From Thermoproteota archaeon (GTDB lineage: Archaea > Korarchaeota > Korarchaeia > Korarchaeales > Korarchaeaceae), in NCBI GenBank assembly GCA_027491435.1, contig JAOZFG010000015.1, forward strand, positions 1 to 21,531: a stretch of DNA of 21,531 nt. The letters are read 5' to 3'. Shown piece after piece: positions 15,944 to 21,531 of this stretch. Every line of letters starts with the position of its first letter. Position 1 is the stretch's first letter. The notes under the pieces were generated by a model. That model searched no databases. It was not told where the DNA came from and saw only the letters and a list, made by a program, of their open reading frames with translations. A program made the position numbers and the translations under genes.

Positions 15944-17116
15944 ATGCTTTACAAGCTGAGGTGCGTCAAGTGCGGTAGGGAATACGAGCCGGATCCCTGG
16001 CGAATCAGGTGCGATTGTGGAGGGCTCCTGGAGCCGGTAATAGTTAGGAAGCCTACAGGCATCTCCTGGACCCTTTTCAGGAGCAGGAAGCTGGGGGTTT
16101 GGAGGTACGAGGAGCTCCTGCCCAAGGTTAAAGGAAGGGTGACCATGGGGGAGGGGGGAACCCCCCTTATAAAACTCAAGGAGAACCTGTGGGTCAAGTT
16201 CGAGGGCGCTAACCCCACAGGGAGCTTCAAGGACAGGGGAATGACAGTAGCCGTCTCCCTAGCCAAGGGGTCGGGGGCCAAATCGGTGATATGCGCTTCC
16301 ACGGGCAACACCTCAGCTTCCGTCTCGGCATACGCAGCCAGGGCCGGGATCAGCTCGATAGTGCTCCTTCCGAGGGGCAAGGTGGCCAGGGGCAAGCTGG
16401 CCCAGGCCATACTTCACGGAGCTAAAATAGTTGAGGTGGACGGCTCCTTCGACGAGGCCTTAAAGGCGGTCATGAGGGTAGCGGGAAAGGAGAGCGGGCT
16501 TTACCCGTTGAACTCCTTCAACCCCTGGAGGTTAGAGGGCCAGAAAACTATAGCATTTGAGATAGCCGACGAGATAGGCGTTCCAGACTGGGTGATCCTC
16601 CCCATAGGCAACGCTGGCAACATCTCGGCGATCTGGAAGGGGTTTAAGGAGCTTAAGAGGTTTGGCCTCGCGGATAAGCTCCCCAGGATGGCCGGGGTAC
16701 AGGCTGAGGGAGCGGCTCCAATAGCTAGAGCGTTCAGGGAGGGGCTGAAGGAGCCTGAATTCGTGGATAACCCTGAAACTGTCGCCACAGCGATAAGGAT
16801 AGGGAGGCCGGTCAACTGGCCCAAGGCGCTAGCTGCCCTTAAGGAGAGCGACGGCTGGACGGAGGTGGTGAGCGATGAGGAGATAGTGAGGGCCCACAGA
16901 GACCTAGCCAGGGCTGGGATAGGGGTGGAGCCAGCGTCAGCGGCTTCCCTGGCAGGTTACAGAAGAATGGTGAGGGAAGGGATCATAAAGGAGGGTGAGA
17001 GGGTGGTGCTCATAGCCACGGGGCACGCCCTGAAGGACCCCGACTTCATACCGGAGCCGGAGGTGGTGAGGGCTAAGGACGCCGACGAAGCCGTGAGGTT
17101 GGTGATGTCCCTATGA
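15944..17116 (+). CDS. thrC: Threonine synthase
   Basis: N-terminal Cys ribbon, PLP-lysine motif NPTGSFKDRG, ASTGNTS, RLEGQKT, PIGNAGN and TGHALKD. Confidence 0.95.
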   Translation: MLYKLRCVKCGREYEPDPWRIRCDCGGLLEPVIVRKPTGISWTLFRSRKLGVWRYEELLPKVKGRVTMGEGGTPLIKLKENLWVKFEGANPTGSFKDRGMTVAVSLAKGSGAKSVICASTGNTSASVSAYAARAGISSIVLLPRGKVARGKLAQAILHGAKIVEVDGSFDEALKAVMRVAGKESGLYPLNSFNPWRLEGQKTIAFEIADEIGVPDWVILPIGNAGNISAIWKGFKELKRFGLADKLPRMAGVQAEGAAPIARAFREGLKEPEFVDNPETVATAIRIGRPVNWPKALAALKESDGWTEVVSDEEIVRAHRDLARAGIGVEPASAASLAGYRRMVREGIIKEGERVVLIATGHALKDPDFIPEPEVVRAKDADEAVRLVMSL

Positions 17117-18000
17117 AGGCCTACGCCTACGGGAGCTCAGCCAACCTGGGGCCTGGATTTGACGTTTTAGGGGTGGCCATAAAACCGTTTAGGGACGTCG
17201 TCGAGGTCGAGCTGGCAGGCGAGGACGTGCTGGTCGTGGAGGCGAGGGGGCCCTACAAGGTTCCGCTGGGCAAGGACAACGTGGCGGTTGCGGCGGTTAA
17301 ACGGGCTCTAGAGCTAGCTGAGCACAGGGGAGGGGCTAGGATAAGGATTTGGAAGGGAGTTCCCCCGGGGATGGGCTTAGGGAGTAGCGGGGCCTCATCT
17401 GCAGCCGCCGTCAGGGCAGTTAACGCCGCCCTGGGGGAGGTCCTCACCGAGGGCGAGATGATAGAGGCCGCTTCCAGGGGGGAGGAGCTAGCTTCTGGCT
17501 CCCCCCACATGGACAACGTTGCCCCAAGCCTGCTGGGGGGGTTCGTCCTCATATCTGAAGAGGTGAGGAAGTTCGAGGCCGACGTCCAGCTTCTCTTGGC
17601 CATCCCCTGGGTTAAACTGGCCGAGAGGAAGACTGAGTTGATGAGGAGAGTTCTCCCCAGGGAAGTCAGTTTGGAGGAGGCGGTAAGGCACTACTCCCAC
17701 CTGGCAATGCTGATAACAGGCCTTCTAACTGGAGACCTGGAGCTAGCAGGCAGGGGGATGTCTTTCTCCCTGGTAGATGAGGCCAGATCGCCCTACGTTC
17801 CCGCCTACAGGGAACTGAAGTCCCTGTGCCCCGAGAAGGCTTACGGATGTTCAATAAGCGGAGCTGGCCCCACCATGATATTCCTTTGTGAGGACTGTCC
17901 CTCACTAGTGGAGGAGGTCAGGGAGATATACAGGTCCAAGGGGGTGCCCGCCACCCTTCTAGTGACGGAGCCCGCCGGACCAGCCGATTTAACCGAATGA
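17113..18000 (+). CDS. thrB: Homoserine kinase
   Basis: GHMP motifs SSANLGPGFD, P.GMGLGSSGAS, H.DNVAP and SISGAGPT. ATGA overlap with thrC. Confidence 0.95.
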   Translation: MKAYAYGSSANLGPGFDVLGVAIKPFRDVVEVELAGEDVLVVEARGPYKVPLGKDNVAVAAVKRALELAEHRGGARIRIWKGVPPGMGLGSSGASSAAAVRAVNAALGEVLTEGEMIEAASRGEELASGSPHMDNVAPSLLGGFVLISEEVRKFEADVQLLLAIPWVKLAERKTELMRRVLPREVSLEEAVRHYSHLAMLITGLLTGDLELAGRGMSFSLVDEARSPYVPAYRELKSLCPEKAYGCSISGAGPTMIFLCEDCPSLVEEVREIYRSKGVPATLLVTEPAGPADLTE

Positions 18001-18657
18001 GACGTCCACAGAGACCTTATTCCCCAGCCCCTTATCAACCATCACTATTATGGTGGGCGACGCATCCTTGAACTCAGACTCGAACCACTTCTTTACAATT
18101 CTGCCCAAGGACGGGGAGCCCGTCCTTATGGTGACGCTCACCAGCTCCCCCTTCATGAGCCCGTAATTTTTCATTATCTCCTCTATTGTTTGCTTCAAAT
18201 CCGACAGGATCTCCACTGGATCTTCCCCCTCCGGGAGTATGTCCTTAACCTCAAGCCTGTCCCCTACTGACCTGACCATTATTCCCTTTGTGACGGCAAG
18301 CCTCCTAACTAGATCGGCCCTCTCCTCCCTGCCCTTCTTCCTCTTCTCCAATATTTTCTTAGCTGCCCTCTCCCCCAGCTTAGATCCCAGATAAGCGGAT
18401 ACTGGGTAAAATATAATTACTGCTATCGCCCAAATGATGAAGCTCTCCCAGACTTTCTGCTGTATTAATTCAGGTTTTTTAAAGATTAACGGATCTTCCA
18501 GGAGTTTAAACACGTTCAGGAGCAAATAACTTAACCATATGACGGTGCTAATGAGTATGCCAGTTTCGACCAGCATTGATCGGTACCTTTCCTTGGTCTT
18601 CTCTATGAGCTCCCTCCTGCTCTCCACGCTTTCGAAAGTATCGATAGCTGACATCAC
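17989..18657 (-). CDS. Two-TM membrane protein with a C-terminal degenerate Rid (YjgF/YER057c/UK114)-like domain
   Basis: Two hydrophobic helices and a basic linker, then VRSVGDRLEVKDILP...IEEIMKNYGLMKGELVSVTI...FESEFKDASPTIIVMV..L..KVSVDV, which aligns by eye to the RidA pattern. Alternative start ATG 18654. Confidence 0.7.
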   Translation of the reverse strand: MMSAIDTFESVESRRELIEKTKERYRSMLVETGILISTVIWLSYLLLNVFKLLEDPLIFKKPELIQQKVWESFIIWAIAVIIFYPVSAYLGSKLGERAAKKILEKRKKGREERADLVRRLAVTKGIMVRSVGDRLEVKDILPEGEDPVEILSDLKQTIEEIMKNYGLMKGELVSVTIRTGSPSLGRIVKKWFESEFKDASPTIIVMVDKGLGNKVSVDVSFG

Positions 18658-18750
18658 TCTTACTTACAGGAAGCTAAAATAAACTTTGTTTCGGGGGTTC
18701 AGTTCCGCCCGCTTAAATTAAGGAAGTTTACCAAATTAGGGGGTGTTAGC

Positions 18751-19671
18751 TTGGAGTACGTGAGCTTGGGAAGGACCGAGCTGAAGGTGTCCAAGGTGGG
18801 CTTGGGAACCTGGCAGTTCGGCGCGGGTTACTGGGGGTGGGGCAAGGAGCTAGACAGGGAAAAGGCCGTAAGGATCGTAAGGACTGCTAAAGAGCTGGGG
18901 ATCAACCTGATTGACACCGCCGAGATCTACGGGTGGGGGGAGAGCGAACGCGTAATTGGGGAGGCGGTGAAAGACTTCAGGGAGGAGGTGGTGATAGCAA
19001 CCAAGGTGTGGCCCACAAACTTCACCTACAGGGGCGTGAAGAAGGCCCTCAAGAAGAGTTTAGAGAGGCTTGGAACCGATTACGTTGACCTCTACCAGGT
19101 CCACTGGCCTAGGAAGGTGTTCCCCATGAAGGGCGGATTCAAGGCCATGGAAGAGCTCCTGGAGGAGGGGAGAATAAGGGCAATAGGGGTCAGCAACTTC
19201 TCCGTTAAGCAGATGGAGGAGGCCAAGGGCTACTTGAAGAGGCACGAGATCTCATCGAACCAGGTGGAGTACAACCTGCTCAAGAGGTCCATCGAGGAGG
19301 ATTTGCTACCCTACGCCAGGGGGGAGGGGGTCACGATAATAGCTTACAGCCCCCTGGCCCAGGGCCTGCTCACAGGCAAGTACACCTCTAAAAAGCTGCC
19401 AGGAAATTGGCAGAGGAGGCTGATGATAAGGTACTACTTCTACAGGAGGTGGGTTAAGAGGCTAGATGAGGTGGTTGATGTTTTGAAGGAGATAGCTAAA
19501 GCTAGGGGGGTGCACCCGGCCCAGGTGGCACTCAACTGGGTTATAAGGCACGATAACGTGGTTGCCATCCCAGGGGTAAAAAAGGAGGAGCACGTGAGGC
19601 TGAACGCTGGAGCTACTGGGTGGAGGTTGAGCGAGGAGGAACTCTTAAAGCTCGACCGGGTCACCAGGTGA
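18751..19671 (+). CDS. Aldo/keto reductase
   Basis: GLGTWQFG, catalytic tetrad in IDTAEIYG, ATK and VHWP, plus IGVSNFS, NQVEYNL, AYSPLAQG and IPG. Confidence 0.95.
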   Translation: MEYVSLGRTELKVSKVGLGTWQFGAGYWGWGKELDREKAVRIVRTAKELGINLIDTAEIYGWGESERVIGEAVKDFREEVVIATKVWPTNFTYRGVKKALKKSLERLGTDYVDLYQVHWPRKVFPMKGGFKAMEELLEEGRIRAIGVSNFSVKQMEEAKGYLKRHEISSNQVEYNLLKRSIEEDLLPYARGEGVTIIAYSPLAQGLLTGKYTSKKLPGNWQRRLMIRYYFYRRWVKRLDEVVDVLKEIAKARGVHPAQVALNWVIRHDNVVAIPGVKKEEHVRLNAGATGWRLSEEELLKLDRVTR

Positions 19672-19679
19672 CCCTGGTC
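19654..19679. repeat. Inverted repeat centred on the overlapping 3' ends of two convergent AKR genes
   Basis: GACC-GGGTCACC-A-GGTGACCC-T-GGTC, with its symmetry axis at 19666. Confidence 0.6.
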
Positions 19680-20608
19680 AGGTGAACCCTGTCGCTAACC
19701 TCATCAAGCTTTACCCAGTCCTCCAAGCTCAGCTTCCAACCTGCAGCCCCAGCGTTCTCCTCCACCTGCTCGGGAGATTTAGCTCCAGGTATCACTATGA
19801 CGACGTCGCTGGAGTTTATCAACCAGTTAAGGGCCACCTGAGCTGGGCTCTTCCCGTACTTCTCACCCATCTGTTTCAGGAGCTTCACTACCTCGTAAAC
19901 CTGGGGGAAGTTCTCGGGGTGGAAAACCGGGTCGTCAGACCTGACGTCAGCGAATTCAGGCAGGTTCTCCGGCGTGTACTTTCCTGTGAGGGCTCCTTTA
20001 GCTAGAGGAGACCATGCTATGACGCTCATACCGTAATACTCGGCGTAAGGGATTATCTCCTTCTCAGCGTCTTTCTCCACCAGGTTATACCTGACCTGGT
20101 TGCTCACCACCTCCTCTCTAGCTAGGCAGGCGTTAGCCGAGTCTATGAGTTCAGGGGCGAAGTTGCTGACCCCTATATACCTTATCACGCCCATGTTAAC
20201 CAGCTTCTCGAGGGCGGCCATGTACTCACAGGTGGGGAAGTTGTGCCAGCAGGGAGGCCAGTGAACCTGCATCAAGTCTATGGCGTCTAGGTCGAGCCTC
20301 TTTAACGACCTCAAGGTGCCCTTTATCACGTCCCTGTAGGATAGGAAGCTTCCAGGTAGCTTCGTGGCCACAACTACGTCATCCCTTATCCCGAGCTCCT
20401 TTATGGCCCTGCCCAGGAACTCCTCACTCTTCCCCTTGCCGTAGATGGCAGCGGTGTCGAAGAAGTTTATCCCAACCTGGAAGGCCCTTTCCACTATTGC
20501 CCTGGCCCTCTCATAATCTGTAACCCCCCAGCTCTCGCTGAACTGCCAGGTTCCCAAGCCAACGACGGATACCTTCATCTCTGTGGTTCCCAAGTACCTG
20601 TAATCCAT
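19661..20608 (-). CDS. Aldo/keto reductase
   Basis: Motifs GLGTWQF, FDTAAIYG, ATKL, QVHWP, IGVSNF, AWSPLAKG and IPGAKS. GAGGTGAT SD upstream. Confidence 0.95.
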   Translation of the reverse strand: MDYRYLGTTEMKVSVVGLGTWQFSESWGVTDYERARAIVERAFQVGINFFDTAAIYGKGKSEEFLGRAIKELGIRDDVVVATKLPGSFLSYRDVIKGTLRSLKRLDLDAIDLMQVHWPPCWHNFPTCEYMAALEKLVNMGVIRYIGVSNFAPELIDSANACLAREEVVSNQVRYNLVEKDAEKEIIPYAEYYGMSVIAWSPLAKGALTGKYTPENLPEFADVRSDDPVFHPENFPQVYEVVKLLKQMGEKYGKSPAQVALNWLINSSDVVIVIPGAKSPEQVEENAGAAGWKLSLEDWVKLDEVSDRVHLTRVTW

Positions 20609-20632
20609 GAGATCACCTCGTCATTGGACGGT

Positions 20633-21502
20633 TCATCTATTAAAGGTTAGGAGGCCCAAATCCCTCAGAGCTCTCACCACTTCATCCCTCTCCTGAGGAC
20701 TTAACGGTAGGTAAGGCCTCCTAGGAAAGCCCGCTGGTAACCCTAACAAGTTTAGAGCTTCTTTAACCGCCGATATCTGCCCAGATTTAACTAAGACATC
20801 GTTGAGGTAGGTGAGCCTCCTCTGTAGCTCGCTGGCCCTGTTTAAATCTCCTCTCTCAAAGCTTGAGAAGAGCTCCCTTACAAGCTCTGGAGCTACCATG
20901 GACACGGCCGTAACGGTTCCCTTCCCGCCCAAAACGAGGGTGGGGAGTATGAGGTCGCCAGTTCCCGAGAGGACTGGTAGAGGGGTGTTTCTGACTACCT
21001 CGCTGACCCTCCATATGAGGCCGCTGGACTCCTTCAAACCTATTACGTTCTCCTCCGAGGAGAGCTCCACTATGAGGTCTAAGGGCAAGTTGTAGCCCAC
21101 GAACTTGGGGACGTTGTATAGGATCACCTTGTGGCCAGTGTCCAGCACCTCCCTATAGAAGTGAGAGAGCTCCTCCCTGGAGGGCTTGAAGAAGTAGGGA
21201 GGCGTCACCAGGAAGCCGTCAGCCAGCTCCCCTACAGCCATTTGTCTGAGGACTTCCCTGGTGCTAACGCCAGAGACTCCGCAGAATACTGGCTTTCCCT
21301 TGGAGGAGCTTTTAACTACCTCTAAAACATTGATTCTCTCTTCGAGGGTGAGCATTGGCCCTTCTCCGTTGCTGGCACAGGAAACGAAGCCGTCAACCTT
21401 CTCGGCCCAGTGGCTTATCAGGGAGGAGAGGGCTTTAAGGTCTAGCTCTCCATCCTCAGTAAAGGGGGTCACGTGGGGCAGGTATATACCTTGCATGGGC
21501 AT
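20633..21502 (-). CDS. DapA/DHDPS-family class I aldolase, with a signature closer to 4-hydroxy-2-oxoglutarate aldolase
   Basis: Motifs VTPF, ASNGE (versus GTTGE in DHDPS), PPYFF, LYNVP and the Schiff-base lysine in GLKESSG. Confidence 0.88.
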   Translation of the reverse strand: MPMQGIYLPHVTPFTEDGELDLKALSSLISHWAEKVDGFVSCASNGEGPMLTLEERINVLEVVKSSSKGKPVFCGVSGVSTREVLRQMAVGELADGFLVTPPYFFKPSREELSHFYREVLDTGHKVILYNVPKFVGYNLPLDLIVELSSEENVIGLKESSGLIWRVSEVVRNTPLPVLSGTGDLILPTLVLGGKGTVTAVSMVAPELVRELFSSFERGDLNRASELQRRLTYLNDVLVKSGQISAVKEALNLLGLPAGFPRRPYLPLSPQERDEVVRALRDLGLLTFNR

Positions 21503-21531
21503 AGCTGTGGGGGAAGCTTAAACCCCTAACG

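Noticed and set aside
18690-18713. GGGGGTTCAGTTCCGCCCG as a tRNA 3' fragment or att site
   Set aside because: Poor T-loop match, no integrase, and no second copy in the window.
9539-21521. Other nested or antisense ORFs in the track (e.g. 9539, 10549, 13075, 15407, 15949, 16501, 17253, 19682, 20811, 21261)
   Set aside because: All overlap well-supported genes on the opposite strand or frame and show Ser/Pro/Leu-rich shadow composition.

Overview
Chromosomal window from a GC-moderate, probably hyperthermophilic archaeon. Evidence: TATA/BRE promoters, many apparently leaderless genes, GGTGA Shine-Dalgarno sites and AGG-rich codons. A Korarchaeota- or Thermoproteota-like origin is a guess only. 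The left ~8.6 kb looks accessory: the left end of an IS6-family element, a VapBC and a HEPN/MNT toxin-antitoxin pair, an uncharacterised 201-aa gene behind a near-perfect DtxR/IdeR box, a 50-aa DUF1059-like CxxC/HxxxH protein missed by the ORF track, a ZIP metal transporter, an ABC-2 exporter and a decayed archaeal AAA-ATPase pseudogene. The middle holds a dolichol/phytol-kinase-like gene, sfsA, a decayed surface-protein gene and a redox/iron-stress neighbourhood (flavodiiron FprA coupled to an NnrS-like His-rich membrane protein, a glycine-zipper protein, an MBL hydrolase and a short bacterioferritin lacking helix E). The right end holds an intact AAA ATPase with a C-terminal nuclease-like domain, thrC-thrB, an unusual two-TM protein fused to a degenerate Rid/YjgF domain, two convergent aldo/keto reductases joined by a palindrome, and a DapA-family (HOGA-like) aldolase. 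No rRNA, tRNA or CRISPR array was seen. All family assignments are by eye from motifs; no searches were run.
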